Below are positions 47,924-59,610 of a DNA stretch of 64,000 bases, piece after piece. The DNA is from Synechococcus sp. UW140 (GTDB lineage Bacteria > Pseudomonadota > Gammaproteobacteria > Burkholderiales > Burkholderiaceae_C): assembly GCA_943371665.1 (NCBI GenBank), contig CALRVR020000014.1, positions 2,267 through 66,266 of the forward strand, given 5' to 3'. Both the position numbers and the translations under genes were made by a program. Position 1 is the stretch's first letter; each line of letters begins with the position of its first letter. The notes below the pieces were generated by a model that saw only the letters and a program-made list of their open reading frames with translations, was not told the DNA's origin and did no database searches.

Positions 47924-48613
47924 TCAGAAACGGAAGCGCGAAGGCTGCGGGAAGTTCCGCAGGCGCGGCGCCACCGTGTCCCAGGGCTGGGCGGTGTGGT
48001 AGTCGGTGTCGCTGCCGCGGGTGATCAGCGTGGCCCGCATCACGGGTTCTTCTCCCACGATGGCGATCAGGCGGCCACCTTTGGCCAGCAGGCCCAGGAG
48101 CGCCTCGGGCACCTCGGCCACGGAACCGTTCAGCACGATCGCGTCGTAAGGTGCCTGGCCACGGCAGGCGGCGAAATCGTCGGCGGCCGCATCGGCATCG
48201 CGCACATCCACGTTGGTGATGCCGGCCCGCTGCAGGTTGGCGCGGGCCTGCCGGGCCAGCGTGGGGTCGATCTCCAGCGACAGGACGCGCTGTGCCAGAC
48301 TGCCCAGCAGGGCGGCCATGTAACCACTGCCGGTACCGACTTCCAGCACCTTGTCGGTCGGCTTCAGCGTGAGGTCCTGCGCCAGACGGGCCTGCACCTT
48401 GGGCGCCAGCATGCACTGCCCGTCCACCGCGGGGTGGGACATTGGCAGCTCGAGATCGGCAAAGGCCAACGCGCGGTGGGCCGCGGGCACGAAGTCCTCG
48501 CGGCGCACGCGGCCCAGCAGGTCGAGCACGCGCGCGTCCAGCACCTCCCAGGGGCGGATCTGCTGTTCGATCATGTTGAAGCGAGCCTGTTCGAGGTCGG
48601 TGGCGGTGTTCAT
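47924..48613 (-). CDS. pcm: Protein-L-isoaspartate O-methyltransferase
   Basis: ARFNMIEQQIRPW, LEVGTGSGY. Confidence 0.9.
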   Translation of the reverse strand: MNTATDLEQARFNMIEQQIRPWEVLDARVLDLLGRVRREDFVPAAHRALAFADLELPMSHPAVDGQCMLAPKVQARLAQDLTLKPTDKVLEVGTGSGYMAALLGSLAQRVLSLEIDPTLARQARANLQRAGITNVDVRDADAAADDFAACRGQAPYDAIVLNGSVAEVPEALLGLLAKGGRLIAIVGEEPVMRATLITRGSDTDYHTAQPWDTVAPRLRNFPQPSRFRF

Positions 48614-48652
48614 CTCATTTCTCCGGTCGGGGTTCGGCACAACCTGCAAATT

Positions 48653-51600
48653 CTAGGAGGGGGTCTCTGTCGGGGCGGTGACGGCGGGTGGCAGGCCGGC
48701 CTTGCGGCGCAGCCATTGGGTGAAATCGTCGATGTAGCCGTACACCACCGGCACCACCACCAGCGTCAGCAGCGACGAGGTGATGACACCGCCGATGACG
48801 GCCTGGCCCATGGGCGCGCGCTGTTCGGAGCCTTCGGTGAGGGCGAACGCCAGCGGCACCATGCCGAACACCATGGCCAGCGTGGTCATGAGGATCGGGC
48901 GCAGCCGAACCTTGGCGGCCAGCAGCAGCGCCTCGTCGCGCGGCAGTGGTGGCCCGCCGGCGCGCCCCTCGCGGGCACGGATCGCGAAGTCCACCAGCAG
49001 GATCGCGTTCTTGGTGACCAGTCCCATCAGCAGCACGATGCCGATGACCGAGAACATGCTCATCGTCGAGCCGAACATGAGGAGTGCCAGCACCACGCCG
49101 ATCAGCGTGAGCGGCAGGGACGTCATCAGCGCCAGCGGCTGAAGGAAGCTGTGGAACTGGCTGGCCAGGATCATGTAGATGAAGATGATCGCGAGCGCCA
49201 GCGCCGACAGCGCGTAGCCGAACGACTCCTGCATGTTCTTGGTCGAGCCACCGAACTCGTAGCGGTAGCCTGGGGGCAGCGCGATGGCGTCGAGCTCGCG
49301 GCGGATGTCGGCCGTGACCTCGCCCGCCGAGCGCCCGTAGACGTTGGCGTTGAACGACACCTCGCGGTTGAGGTTGCGCCGGTTGATCTGGTTGGGGCCG
49401 GTGGTCTCCACCAGCGTGGCGACCTGGCTCAGCGGCACGGTGCGCATGGTGCCGTCGCTCGCCGTGCCCACCACCAGCGGCAGTTGCCGCAGGTCGTCGG
49501 TGCGCTGGCGGTCCTGCGTGGGCAGCCGCACGATCACGTCGTAGGTTTCGCCGTTCTGGGCGCGCCAGTTGCCCACGGTGGTGCCGGCCACCAGCGTGCG
49601 CAGGGCGTTGCCCACGGCGTTGGTGGACAGGCCGAGGTCGGAGGCCAGGTCGCGGTTGAGCACCACGTCCACGGTCGGCTTGTCGGGCTTCACGCTGGCA
49701 TCCAGGTCGACGAGGCCGACGATGGGCTGCAGCTTCTCGCGGATCTGTCGGCTCAGCCGTTCCAGTTCGCCCAGGTCATCGCCCTGCAGCGAGAACTCGA
49801 TCTGCTTGTTGCCACCCACCGCGTCGAGCAGGCCCACGTGCGTGACGGTGATCCCGGGCACGCGCCGCAGGCGTTCGCGCAGCACCGCCGACATGGCGTC
49901 CACACTCAGCGTTCGCTCCTTGCGGTCGACCAGGCGCACATAAATGCTGGCGTACATCGAGCCCTGCGCGTTGCCGGTGTTGATGGTGGTCAGCGTGTAG
50001 CGCACCTCGGGGAACTCGCGCAACACGGCCTCGACTTCGCGCGCCTTGGCCTCGGTGGCCTGGACCGACGAGCCCACCGGGGTGTGGAAGCTCAGCGACG
50101 TTTCCGAGAAGTCGGCCTTGGGCACGAACTCGGTCCCCAGCAGCGGCAGCATGAAGATGCTGGCCACGAAGGTGACCACGGCCAGCGCCAGTGTGGCCAG
50201 CTTGTGTCTCAGCGACCAGCGCAGCGCGCCCTGGTAGCCATCGGCCAGGTCGTCCTGGAAGCGGTCGAACCAGTGGGTGACGCGGCCGATGGTGCGGTCG
50301 TACCACGAACGGCGCGAGCCGCTTGCACTGGCGTGGTGCTCAATGGAGGGGTCGTGCCACACCGACGACAGCATCGGGTCGAGCGTGAAGCTCACGAACA
50401 TCGAGATCAGCACGGCCGCCACCATGGTGATGCCGAACTCGTGGAAGAACTTGCCGATGATGCCGCCCATGAAGCCGATGGGCAGGAACACCGCCACGAT
50501 GGACAGCGTGGTGGCCAGCACCGCCATGCCGATCTCCTGCGTGCCCTCCATGGCCGCGCGGTAAGGCGTCTTGCCCATCTGCACGTGGCGCACGATGTTC
50601 TCCCGAACGACGATGGCGTCGTCGATCAGCAGGCCCACCGACAGCGTCAGCGCCATCAGCGTGATCATGTTGATGGTGAACCCGAGCAGGTTCATGAAGA
50701 AGAACGTGCCGATCACCGCGATGGGCAGCGTGAGGCCGGTGATGACCGTGGAGCGCCAGGAGTTGAGGAACAGGAAGACGATCAGGACGGTGAGGATGGC
50801 GCCTTCGATCAGGGTCTGCCGGACGTTCTGCACCGACACCCTGATCGGGCGCGATCCATCGGCAATCGGCTCGAGCCTGACGCCGGGTGGCAACTCGGCC
50901 TGCACCGCCTTGATGGCTGCGTTGAGGCCGTCCACCACCTCGATGGTGTTCTCGTCCTGCGACTTCTGCACCTGCAGCAGCAGGGTTCGCGTTCCGTTGA
51001 ACAGCGCGAGGCTTTCCACCTCCTCGGTGCTGTCGCTGACCCGTGCCACCTCACCCAGCTTCACGGGGGTGCCGTTGCGCCGCCCCACGATCACGTCTTC
51101 AAAATCGCGCGGATTGGCCAGGCGCGAAAGCACTTGCACCACCCGCTCGGCATCGCGGGTCTTGAGCGTGCCGACCGGCAGGTCCTGGTTCTCGCTGCGC
51201 ACCGCGGCATTGACCTGTTCGGGTGTCACGCCCATGGCCTGCATGGCCACCGGATCGAGCTCGATGTTGATGGCGCGCCGCGTGGCGCCCACGAGGTTGA
51301 CGGCACCCACCCCCTGGACGTTCTCAAGCCGCTTCTTCAGCACCTGCTCCGACCAGGTGGTGAGTTCGACCGCCGACGGCGCCTTGCCGTCCTTGTCTTC
51401 GGGGACCACCGCGACCGACCAGATGGCGCGGCTGGCGGGGTCGAAGCGCAGCACGCGCGGTTCTTCCACCTCGTCGCGCAGCAGCGGGCGCAGCACGCCG
51501 ATGCGCTCGCGCACATCGTCGGCCGCCTTGCGGCCGTCGACCGTGAGCTGGAACTCGATGATCACCACCGAAGAGCCTTCGTAGCTGCGCGAGGTGAGGG

Positions 51601-51835
51601 TGTTCACGCCGGCAATGGCGTTGACGGCTTCTTCAACCTTCTTGGTGACTTCGCTTTCGACGATCTCGGGCGACGCGCCCGGGTAGGCGGTGGTGACGAC
51701 CACCACGGGGAAATCGATGTTGGGGAACTGATCGACCTGCAGCCGCTGGTACGAGAACGCGCCCAGCACCACGAAGGCGAGCATCACCATCGTGGCAAAA
51801 ACAGGGTTGCGCAGCGAAACCTGGGTGAACCACAT
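48653..51835 (-). CDS. RND efflux transporter permease (AcrB family)
   Basis: 1060 aa; [36 protein letters not shown]. Confidence 0.95.
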   Translation of the reverse strand: MWFTQVSLRNPVFATMVMLAFVVLGAFSYQRLQVDQFPNIDFPVVVVTTAYPGASPEIVESEVTKKVEEAVNAIAGVNTLTSRSYEGSSVVIIEFQLTVDGRKAADDVRERIGVLRPLLRDEVEEPRVLRFDPASRAIWSVAVVPEDKDGKAPSAVELTTWSEQVLKKRLENVQGVGAVNLVGATRRAINIELDPVAMQAMGVTPEQVNAAVRSENQDLPVGTLKTRDAERVVQVLSRLANPRDFEDVIVGRRNGTPVKLGEVARVSDSTEEVESLALFNGTRTLLLQVQKSQDENTIEVVDGLNAAIKAVQAELPPGVRLEPIADGSRPIRVSVQNVRQTLIEGAILTVLIVFLFLNSWRSTVITGLTLPIAVIGTFFFMNLLGFTINMITLMALTLSVGLLIDDAIVVRENIVRHVQMGKTPYRAAMEGTQEIGMAVLATTLSIVAVFLPIGFMGGIIGKFFHEFGITMVAAVLISMFVSFTLDPMLSSVWHDPSIEHHASASGSRRSWYDRTIGRVTHWFDRFQDDLADGYQGALRWSLRHKLATLALAVVTFVASIFMLPLLGTEFVPKADFSETSLSFHTPVGSSVQATEAKAREVEAVLREFPEVRYTLTTINTGNAQGSMYASIYVRLVDRKERTLSVDAMSAVLRERLRRVPGITVTHVGLLDAVGGNKQIEFSLQGDDLGELERLSRQIREKLQPIVGLVDLDASVKPDKPTVDVVLNRDLASDLGLSTNAVGNALRTLVAGTTVGNWRAQNGETYDVIVRLPTQDRQRTDDLRQLPLVVGTASDGTMRTVPLSQVATLVETTGPNQINRRNLNREVSFNANVYGRSAGEVTADIRRELDAIALPPGYRYEFGGSTKNMQESFGYALSALALAIIFIYMILASQFHSFLQPLALMTSLPLTLIGVVLALLMFGSTMSMFSVIGIVLLMGLVTKNAILLVDFAIRAREGRAGGPPLPRDEALLLAAKVRLRPILMTTLAMVFGMVPLAFALTEGSEQRAPMGQAVIGGVITSSLLTLVVVPVVYGYIDDFTQWLRRKAGLPPAVTAPTETPS

Positions 51836-51854
51836 GCTGTGTCGCTCGCTGGCT

Positions 51855-53003
51855 TCAGTTCGGTGCGCCGGCCAGGCTCACACGGGTGCCGTCGCGGATC
51901 AGCCCCGCAGTCTCGGCCAGCACCACGTCACCCTCGGCCAGCATCGGCACGGCCCGGTAAGGCACGCCATCCACCTGTCCACTGCCTGCATTGGCCAGCG
52001 GAACGTGGCGCACCGCGCCGTCGCGCAGCACCTGAACGTAGGGCTCGGGGCGGTCGTTGCGCACGGTCGACGCCGGCACGGCCAGCGCCTGCACGCTGCC
52101 GGCCACGATGTCGCCCCGGGCGAACAGGCCTTGTCGCATGCCGCTGGCGGCCGGCAGTCGCAGGTACACCAACACGCTGCGGCTGCCCGCCTGCACGCTG
52201 GGGTTGATGCGCACCACAGAGGCCTGCACCGGCGCGGTCAGGCCTTCAACCCGCAGCACCGCCGGTTGACCCACCTTCACCCTGGCGGCGTCGGCCGGGG
52301 TCAGCGCGGCCTCCATTTCGAAGGCCGAGAGATCGACCACCTCGATCACCCGCGCGTCCAAACCCACGCGCTCACCGTTCTGCACCGCCCGAACCGACAC
52401 CAGCCCCGCGATCGGCGAGCGCAGCACCGTGTCCGACAAGCCCTTGCGCGCGATGTCGAGCGCCGCCGCGGCTGCGCGGTGGTTGGCTTCGGCGGCGGCC
52501 AGGTTGGCTTGCGAGTTCTCCAGCGCCGTGGCCGAGATGAAACCCTGCTGCACCAGCGCCTGGTTGTTGGTCTGATTGCGTTGCGCGATCCTCACCTGGG
52601 CCAGCGCCGATTCGGCCTGCTGTTCTGCCTGCCGGACCCGTGCCTGCGCCTCGGTGGCGTCGATGCGCGCCACCACCTCGCCAGCGGTCACGGCATCGCC
52701 TTCGCGCTTGGTCAGGCCTTGAATTTCACCGGCCACCCGCGCCTTGATGGCCGCGGTCTGCACCGCCTCGATCGATCCCGATACGGCGGCCGTTTCCTGC
52801 AGCGCCACCGAGCGCACGCGCTCCACGTCGCGGGCGGCCAGTTCGAACACCGGGGTGGACTGCAGGGTCTCTGCCGCCGTGCGCGCCTGTTCTGCCTGGG
52901 TGGTGCGCTTGTCGAGCGCCCGCCACAGCCCGAAGGCAAGCGCTGCGACGAGCAGCACAGGCAGGGTCCAGTACACGATGCGGCGGGTGCGTGAGGTCGT
53001 CAT
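51855..53003 (-). CDS. RND membrane fusion (periplasmic adaptor) protein
   Basis: N-terminal TM anchor, ARVAGEI..REGD.V..G, SPIAG.V lipoyl-like halves. Confidence 0.9.
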   Translation of the reverse strand: MTTSRTRRIVYWTLPVLLVAALAFGLWRALDKRTTQAEQARTAAETLQSTPVFELAARDVERVRSVALQETAAVSGSIEAVQTAAIKARVAGEIQGLTKREGDAVTAGEVVARIDATEAQARVRQAEQQAESALAQVRIAQRNQTNNQALVQQGFISATALENSQANLAAAEANHRAAAAALDIARKGLSDTVLRSPIAGLVSVRAVQNGERVGLDARVIEVVDLSAFEMEAALTPADAARVKVGQPAVLRVEGLTAPVQASVVRINPSVQAGSRSVLVYLRLPAASGMRQGLFARGDIVAGSVQALAVPASTVRNDRPEPYVQVLRDGAVRHVPLANAGSGQVDGVPYRAVPMLAEGDVVLAETAGLIRDGTRVSLAGAPN

Positions 53004-53692
53004 GGTGCGCGCTTGGGGGAAGGGCGTCGGGTGGGCTTGAGCATGCCGCCCAGGATCAGGTCGACCTGGGTGTCGATGAACCGCAGCGGCTCGATCTGCT
53101 GGGCCGGCGGGCAGCACGGCGCCATGGAATGCTTCCACATGAGCAGGAAAATCATCGGCGCGATCAGGCTGTAGACGGCGTGATCAAGGTCCAGGGGGCG
53201 GAATTCGCCGCGGTCCATGCCGCGCTGGAGGATGCGGCGGATCAGCGCATGGCCCGGGGCCATCACCGTCTGCTGGTAATGGGAAGCGATCTCGGGAAAC
53301 GTGCCAGCCTCGCTCATCACCAGCTTGGTGATGCCCGAGGCGGGTGTCATGCCGATCCGCTCCCACCAGGAGTGCATGGCGTAGCGCACCAGTTCGGCCG
53401 TGTCGCCGGAGAAGGCCTCGAACTCGGCGTTCCACTCCACGAAGCGGCCGGCGAGGTTCTCGTGCACCACCGCCTTGAACAGGTCTTCCTTGCTGGGGAA
53501 GTACAGGAACAGCGTGCCCTTGGAGACGCCAGCCCTGGCCGCGACCTCCTCGACCCGTGTCGCGGCGAACCCCTTTTCCACGAACAGGGCCAGTGCGGAC
53601 TCGATGAGCTCGCCGGGACGCGCTTCCTTGCGGCGCTCGCGCCGGCCGGCGGGCGCGGCGGCAGGGACGGCAGGAGGGCGGGGGGGCGACAT
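53000..53692 (-). CDS. TetR-family regulator
   Basis: RRKEARPGEL, AGVSKGTLFLYFPSKEDLF. Confidence 0.92.
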   Translation of the reverse strand: MSPPRPPAVPAAAPAGRRERRKEARPGELIESALALFVEKGFAATRVEEVAARAGVSKGTLFLYFPSKEDLFKAVVHENLAGRFVEWNAEFEAFSGDTAELVRYAMHSWWERIGMTPASGITKLVMSEAGTFPEIASHYQQTVMAPGHALIRRILQRGMDRGEFRPLDLDHAVYSLIAPMIFLLMWKHSMAPCCPPAQQIEPLRFIDTQVDLILGGMLKPTRRPSPKRAP

Positions 53693-53702
53693 GGATGGAA
53701 AA

Positions 53703-53724
53703 TTAATGACCGATGGGTTAGTAA
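53703..53724. promoter_or_regulatory. Putative TetR operator
   Basis: Imperfect palindrome TTAATGACC-GATG-GGTTAGTAA just upstream of the tetR start. Confidence 0.55.
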
Positions 53725-53785
53725 TATACCCCACGGCTCTCCGAAGCTGGATGAACGGCGGGTAAAGCTTCCGTCAAAGCCGGGG

Positions 53786-55264
53786 TCATCCCAGCTTGAT
53801 GCCCACCTGCGTGATCCGGTTCGAGGCCATCTCGCGGACGCTGATTTCGGCTTTCCCCAGCTGGGCCGCGTCCCCCACCACCGGCGGGCGGTGCAATTCG
53901 TTGCGCAGCCATTGCCCCACCGACTGGTTCGACTCCGCCGGGACGGGCAGGCCGTAGAAGCCGCAAAGGTCTTCCAGGGGGGTTTTGGCATCGAGCACGA
54001 AATCACCGAACACCAGGCGCGCCTGCTCGGTGTCGTCCATGTCGGGCAGCGCCACGCCGGTGCGCCGGGCCGTCCAGGCGATGGTGGAGCCCTGCAGCAG
54101 CAGCGAGCTGAGCACCACCACGAACGCCACGTTGATGAACGCCTGCGACCCCGGTACGCCCGCCATCACCGGGAAGACGGCCAGCACGATGGGCACCGCG
54201 CCCCGCAGGCCCACCCAGGAGATGAAGGCGATCTCGTCGCGGCCGAAGCGGAACGGCGCCAGGCAGAGCCAGACCGACAACGGGCGCGCCACCAGCATGA
54301 GCGCCAGCGACACCCCGATGGCGGGCAGCAGGGTGTCCAGCATTTCGCTTGGCGTCACCAGCAGGCCCAGAAGCAGGAACATGCCGGCCTGCGCCAGCCA
54401 GGCGTAGCCGTCCATGGCCGACAGCGATGAACGCACCAGGCGCCGCGCCCGGTTGCCGGCCACCACGCCCATCACGTACACCGCCAGGAATCCCGACCCG
54501 CCGATCCAGGTGGTGCCCGCGAACACGGCCAGACCGCCCGAGACGATCAGCAGGGCACGGATGCCACCGCCACCGTCGGCGCCCCGCCCCATGCGTTTGA
54601 GCAGTTCGGCCAGACCCCAACCGCTCCCCACGCCCAGCGCCGTGCCCCAGCCAAACTGCTGCAGCAGGGACCAGACCACGTCGCCCACGCCGATCGCCGC
54701 GGCGCCACCGGTGCCCACCGCCAGTGCGATGGCGATGAAGGTGAGGGTGAGGTAGACGGCCATCGGGTCGTTGATGCCGGATTCGATCTCCAGCGTGGCG
54801 GCCACGCGTTCGTTGAGCTGAACCCCGGACGATTTGAGCAGCGAGAACACGGCGGCGGCGTCGGTGGAGCCCACGATGGCGCCAACCAGCAGCGCCGCGG
54901 GCCAGTCGAGGTCCAGCAGCCAGTGGGCCACCGCGCCGGTGATGCCTGTGGTGAGCAGCACGCCGACGGTGGCCAGCAGGATGGAAGGCCGAAGCCCGGT
55001 GCGGAACGTGGAGAGTTCGGTGCGCAGTCCGCCGTCCAGCAGGATGACCGCGAGCGCCACGTTGCCGACCCAGAAACTGAGCCGGAAATCGTTGAACACG
55101 AACCCGCCCGGGCCGTCTTCGCCGGCCAGCATGCCCACCACCAGGAACACCAGCAGGAACGAGAAGCCGGCGCGGGCCGAGAACACGCCCGCCAGCACGC
55201 TGATGAAGACCAGCGCGGCGGCAGCGAGCAGTGGCAGGGTGAGGAAATCGAGCGAAAGGGTCAC
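53786..55264 (-). CDS. cvrA: K+/H+ antiporter (NhaP2/CvrA)
   Basis: GMLAGEDGPGG, STDAAAVF, ESGINDP, WVGLRGAVPI, C-terminal CorC-like domain. Confidence 0.9.
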   Translation of the reverse strand: MTLSLDFLTLPLLAAAALVFISVLAGVFSARAGFSFLLVFLVVGMLAGEDGPGGFVFNDFRLSFWVGNVALAVILLDGGLRTELSTFRTGLRPSILLATVGVLLTTGITGAVAHWLLDLDWPAALLVGAIVGSTDAAAVFSLLKSSGVQLNERVAATLEIESGINDPMAVYLTLTFIAIALAVGTGGAAAIGVGDVVWSLLQQFGWGTALGVGSGWGLAELLKRMGRGADGGGGIRALLIVSGGLAVFAGTTWIGGSGFLAVYVMGVVAGNRARRLVRSSLSAMDGYAWLAQAGMFLLLGLLVTPSEMLDTLLPAIGVSLALMLVARPLSVWLCLAPFRFGRDEIAFISWVGLRGAVPIVLAVFPVMAGVPGSQAFINVAFVVVLSSLLLQGSTIAWTARRTGVALPDMDDTEQARLVFGDFVLDAKTPLEDLCGFYGLPVPAESNQSVGQWLRNELHRPPVVGDAAQLGKAEISVREMASNRITQVGIKLG

Positions 55265-55332
55265 GCCCCGACGCTAACAGAATCCATGCCCGCGGCCGGC
55301 GCGCGGGGCATCCCCACGCCCGTGGCCGAGCC

Positions 55333-56526
55333 TCAGTTGAACGCAGCGATGCCGGTGATGGCGCGGCCCAGGATGAGGGCGTGGATGTCGTGCGTGCCTT
55401 CGTAGGTGTTGACCACCTCGAGGTTGACCAGGTGGCGCGCCACGCCGAACTCGTCACTGATGCCGTTGCCGCCCATCATGTCGCGCGCCATGCGTGCGAT
55501 GTCCAGCGCCTTGCCGCAGCTGTTGCGCTTGAGGATCGAGGTGATCTCCACCGCGGCGGTGCCTTCGTCCTTCATGCGCCCCAGGCGCAGGCAGCCCTGC
55601 AGGCCCAGGCTGATCTCGGTCAGCATGTCGGCCAGCTTCTTCTGGATGAGCTGGTTGGCGGCCAGCGGGCGGCCGAACTGCTGCCGGTCCATCACGTACT
55701 GGCGGGCGCGGAAATAGCAGTCCTCGGCCGCGCCCAGGGCGCCCCAGGCAATGCCGTAGCGGGCGCTGTTGAGGCAGGTGAACGGGCCCTTGAGGCCGCG
55801 CACCTCGGGGAAGGCGTTCTCTTCGGGGCAGAACACGTTGTCCATCACGATCTCGCCGGTGATGGAGGCGCGCAGGCCCACCTTGCTGTGGATGGCCGGG
55901 GCGCTCAGGCCCTTCATGCCCTTGTCGAGGATGAAGCCGCGGATGGCGCCCTCGTCGTCCTTGGCCCAGACCACGAACACGTCGGCGATCGGGCTGTTGC
56001 TGATCCACATCTTGCTGCCGGACAGGCTGTAGCCACCGGCCACCTTCTTCGCGCGGGTGACCATGCTGCCGGGGTCGGAGCCGTGGTTGGGCTCGGTCAG
56101 GCCGAAGCAGCCGATCCATTCGCCGCGCGCCAGTTTGGGCAGGTACTTCTGCTTCTGGGCTTCGGTGCCGAACTCGTTGATCGGGACCATCACGAGCGAG
56201 CTCTGCACGCTCATCATCGAGCGGTAGCCGGAATCGACCCGCTCCACCTCGCGCGCCACCAGGCCGTAGCACACGTAGTTCAGCCCTGCGCCGCCATAGG
56301 CCTCGGGGATGGTCGGGCCCAACAGGCCCAGTTCACCCATTTCCCGGAAGATGGCCGGGTCGGTGATTTCCTTGCGGAAGGCCTCGGTCACGCGGGGCGC
56401 CAGGCGCTCCTGGCAGTAGGCGTGCGCCGCGTCGCGCACGGCCCGCTCGTCGTCGGTCAGCTGGGCGTCGAGGTGGAAGGGGTCTTCCCAGCTGAACGAG
56501 GCTTTGGCTTTGGTCGGGGCGAGCAT
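55333..56526 (-). CDS. gcdH: Glutaryl-CoA dehydrogenase
   Basis: [39 protein letters not shown]. Confidence 0.93.
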   Translation of the reverse strand: MLAPTKAKASFSWEDPFHLDAQLTDDERAVRDAAHAYCQERLAPRVTEAFRKEITDPAIFREMGELGLLGPTIPEAYGGAGLNYVCYGLVAREVERVDSGYRSMMSVQSSLVMVPINEFGTEAQKQKYLPKLARGEWIGCFGLTEPNHGSDPGSMVTRAKKVAGGYSLSGSKMWISNSPIADVFVVWAKDDEGAIRGFILDKGMKGLSAPAIHSKVGLRASITGEIVMDNVFCPEENAFPEVRGLKGPFTCLNSARYGIAWGALGAAEDCYFRARQYVMDRQQFGRPLAANQLIQKKLADMLTEISLGLQGCLRLGRMKDEGTAAVEITSILKRNSCGKALDIARMARDMMGGNGISDEFGVARHLVNLEVVNTYEGTHDIHALILGRAITGIAAFN

Positions 56527-56626
56527 GGTGTGTCTCCGTGTGGCGGTGTCGATCGGCGGATTGTCCGCCGATGTCCCATAGCTGTCTAATATTGATCGTG
56601 TATTCAACCATCTGAACGGTGAATCG

Positions 56627-57517
56627 ATGGAGTTCCGCCACCTGCGCTGTTTTCTGGCCCTGGCCGAAGAGCTGCATTTCGGCCGCGCCGCGGCCAGGCT
56701 GTCCATGACGCAGCCACCGCTGTCGCTCAACATCCAGCAGCTCGAGGCCTCGGTCGGCGCACCGCTGTTCGTGCGCAACAGCCGCGGCGTGGCGCTCACG
56801 CCCGCCGGCGTGGCGTTCGTGCCGCGCGCCCGGGCTTTGCTCGACGGCGCGGCGGGCGCCGCTCGCGAAGCGCGCGAGGTCGCCCAGGGCCTGAGCGGCA
56901 CCCTGCGCGTCGGGTTCGCCGGCACGGTGCTCTACCGAGGTCTGCCGCAGATCCTGCTGTCGTTCGGGCAGGGCCATGCCCGGCTGAAACTGGTGCTGCG
57001 CGAGTTGAGCTCGAGCGACCAGTTGATCGAGCTGCAGCACGGTCGGCTCGATGCCGGCTTCGTCCACACCACCCGCGTGCCGCCAGGCTGTTCGCAGGTG
57101 CTGGTGTCCAGCCAGCGCTTCGTCGCCTGCGTGCCGGCGGGCCACGCGCTGGCGGCCAAGCGCCGCGTGTCGCCTGCCGCGCTGGCGGGCGAACCTTACG
57201 TGGCGATCTCGCGCGCGGTCTCGCCCGATTACCACGACCGCCTGCTCGCGCTGTGTGCCGATCACGGCTTCGAGCCCGACGTGCGCTTCGAACTGCGACA
57301 CTGGCTGAGCGTGGTTTCCCTGGTGGCGCAGGGGCTGGGCGTGTCGCTGGTGCCCGCGGCGCTGCAGCAGGCAGGCCTGCCGGGGGCAGCGTTCGTGCCG
57401 CTGCAGGGCGACACACCGCCCTACGAAACGCGTTGCCTGTGGCGCAGCGGCGCCGAGGGGGCGCCTCTGTCGGCATTCCTGGACGCCGTGCGGGGCTTCG
57501 CGCCGCCGACAGAATGA
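56627..57517 (+). CDS. LysR-family regulator, divergent from gcdH
   Basis: [22 protein letters not shown]. Confidence 0.93.
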   Translation: MEFRHLRCFLALAEELHFGRAAARLSMTQPPLSLNIQQLEASVGAPLFVRNSRGVALTPAGVAFVPRARALLDGAAGAAREAREVAQGLSGTLRVGFAGTVLYRGLPQILLSFGQGHARLKLVLRELSSSDQLIELQHGRLDAGFVHTTRVPPGCSQVLVSSQRFVACVPAGHALAAKRRVSPAALAGEPYVAISRAVSPDYHDRLLALCADHGFEPDVRFELRHWLSVVSLVAQGLGVSLVPAALQQAGLPGAAFVPLQGDTPPYETRCLWRSGAEGAPLSAFLDAVRGFAPPTE

Positions 57518-57580
57518 CGGGATGAAAGAAAAGGCCGCCCGGGCCGACCCATGGGCATGTTGGAACACAAGGAGCGATTG

Positions 57581-58117
57581 ATGAGCGAAAGGCAGGTGCT
57601 GGTGCTGGGTGGGGGCTGTTTCTGGTGCACCGAAGCGGTCTACAAGGAAGTGCAGGGCGTGACCGACGTCGAGTCGGGCTACAGCAACGGCCACGTGAAG
57701 CAGCCCACCTACGAACAGGTCTGCACCGGCACCACTGGCCACAACGAGGTGGTGCGGCTGGAGTACGACCCGGCGGTGATCAGCACGCGCGAAGTGCTCG
57801 AGATCTTCTTCGTGGTGCACGATCCGACCACGCTGAACCGGCAAGGCAACGATGTCGGCACGCAGTACCGCAGCGGCATCTACTTCACCACGCCCGAGCA
57901 GGAGGCCGAGGCTCGCGCCATCGTCGCCGAGCTCGACCGGGACAACGCCTTCGGGCGCCCGGTGGTGACCGAGATCACCGCGCTCGACAACTACTCGGCG
58001 GCCGAGCCCTACCACCAGGATTTCTTCGAGCGCAATCCGCACCAGGGCTACTGCATGGCCGTGGCCGCGCCCAAGGTGGCCAAGTTCCGCAAGACGTTCT
58101 CGCGGCTGGCGAAGTGA
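57581..58117 (+). CDS. msrA: Peptide methionine sulfoxide reductase A
   Basis: GGGCFWC, GH.EVV, RQGND.GTQYRS, AEPYHQ; RBS AAGGAG. Confidence 0.96.
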   Translation: MSERQVLVLGGGCFWCTEAVYKEVQGVTDVESGYSNGHVKQPTYEQVCTGTTGHNEVVRLEYDPAVISTREVLEIFFVVHDPTTLNRQGNDVGTQYRSGIYFTTPEQEAEARAIVAELDRDNAFGRPVVTEITALDNYSAAEPYHQDFFERNPHQGYCMAVAAPKVAKFRKTFSRLAK

Positions 58118-58123
58118 CGCGCC

Positions 58124-58993
58124 TCAGCGCCCGGGACGCCACCGCGGCCAGAACACGATCACCGCCAGGCCGCCGAGGACCAGCGCACAGGCGCCGAGCT
58201 TCCAGCCCGGCATGGCCTCGCCCAGGCTCAGGGCCGAAGCGCTCATGCCGAACACCGGCACCAGCAGCGCCATGGGGGTGACCGTGGCGGCCGGGTGGCG
58301 GGCCAGCAGCCAGTTCCAGGCGCCGTAGCCGAACAAGGTGTTGCCCACCGCTTGCCAGCCCACGCTGGTCCACACCAGGGCGTCGGCATCGGCCAGCGCC
58401 TGCATGATGCGTGCCGGCCCCTCGAGCAGCAGTGAAATCGCCAGCAGCGGCGGCACCGCGAACACGCTGCTCCAGACCATGAAGTGCAGCATGTTCACCG
58501 GACCGAGCGACTTGACCACGAGGTTGGCGCTGGCCCAGAAAAAGGCCGCCGCGATCACGAGACCCAGACCGGCCACCGTCACCGTGGCGTCCAGGTTGGC
58601 CACGATCACACCCAGGCCGGCCACCGCCAGCGCCAGCCCGGCCACCTGGAAGCCGCGCACCCGTTCGCGCATCAGCCACAGGGACAGGCCGATGGTGAAG
58701 AACACCTGGACCTGCACCACCAGCGAGGCCAGCCCCGGAGAAATGCGGCCATCGATGGCCAGGAACAGCAGCCCGAACTGGCCGACACCCAGCAGCACGC
58801 CAAAGGCCGCCATCGAACGCCACGGCGCCGCCGGCCGAGGCACGAACAACAACCAGGGCAGGGCCGAGAGGGCAAACCGCAGGGTGGCGAACAGAAACGG
58901 CGGCAGGCCGTCGAGGCCCCAGCGGATGACGACGAAATTGGTGCCCCAGACGGCGACGACCGCCAGGGCAAGCAAGAGGTGTGAGGTGGGCAA
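58124..58993 (-). CDS. EamA family (O-acetylserine/cysteine exporter-like) transporter
   Basis: VWGTNFVVI, PGLASLV.Q.Q.FFT, LLVPVFG; start uncertain. Confidence 0.88.
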   Translation of the reverse strand: MPTSHLLLALAVVAVWGTNFVVIRWGLDGLPPFLFATLRFALSALPWLLFVPRPAAPWRSMAAFGVLLGVGQFGLLFLAIDGRISPGLASLVVQVQVFFTIGLSLWLMRERVRGFQVAGLALAVAGLGVIVANLDATVTVAGLGLVIAAAFFWASANLVVKSLGPVNMLHFMVWSSVFAVPPLLAISLLLEGPARIMQALADADALVWTSVGWQAVGNTLFGYGAWNWLLARHPAATVTPMALLVPVFGMSASALSLGEAMPGWKLGACALVLGGLAVIVFWPRWRPGR

Positions 58994-59088
58994 GGGGGCG
59001 TTCGGCTTGGGGAGCGCGCCAGTGTAGTCACCCGGGGCGCGGTTGCCTGTCCAGCGCGAGCCACGCGCCAGGAGCCACGCTATCATCT

Positions 59089-59103
59089 TGCAACTCAATT
59101 GCG
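59089..59103. promoter_or_regulatory. Putative Zur box
   Basis: TGCAAC-TCA-ATTGCG, close to TGCAAC-N3-GTTGCA, just after a TATCAT -10-like hexamer and before the Fur-family gene. Confidence 0.55.
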
Positions 59104-59112
59104 TTAACGAAC

Positions 59113-59610
59113 ATGCCCGCGACCCTGGACACCACCGCCATGCCGCCCGACCTGTTGCGCCGGCTGCAGGCCGCCGGTCTTCGCCGGACGCTGGCCACGC
59201 GGGCGGTGATCGGGGTGTTCCTCGCGCGCCCCGGCCAGGGCCTGACGCACGCGCAGGTGCTGGCCGCCTTGCAGTTGCGCGGGCACGCGCCCAACCGGGT
59301 CACGCTGTACCGCCTGCTGGAGCGGCTGGCGTCGGCCGGTGTGCTGAGTCGCCGGACCGACGACGAGCGGACCTGGCGATTCGCGCTCGTGACCGGCGCA
59401 GCGACGGAACGCCGAGCCGCAGTTGGTGCCCGATTCGAATGCCGAGCCTGCCACCGCGAGCGAGCGCTGTCCGACCCCGTGCCGTCCGGGGCGGCCGCGT
59501 CGCAGGCGTTGATGACGGCAGTGACCCGACTGGGCGGCCGCGTTGAAGCGGTCGAATGGACCGTGCGGGGTCTTTGTGCAGATTGCCTGGGGCAGGAGGG
59601 CGCGCCGTGA
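59113..59610 (+). CDS. Fur-family (Zur-like) regulator
   Basis: GLRRT..R, NRVTLYR.L, two CxxC motifs (CRAC, CADC). Confidence 0.82.
   Translation: MPATLDTTAMPPDLLRRLQAAGLRRTLATRAVIGVFLARPGQGLTHAQVLAALQLRGHAPNRVTLYRLLERLASAGVLSRRTDDERTWRFALVTGAATERRAAVGARFECRACHRERALSDPVPSGAAASQALMTAVTRLGGRVEAVEWTVRGLCADCLGQEGAP

Noticed and set aside
47996-52207. 1403-aa + strand ORF and many other long overlapping ORFs
   Set aside because: Antisense or alternate-frame shadows of well-supported genes; low-complexity Arg/Ala/Gly-rich translations
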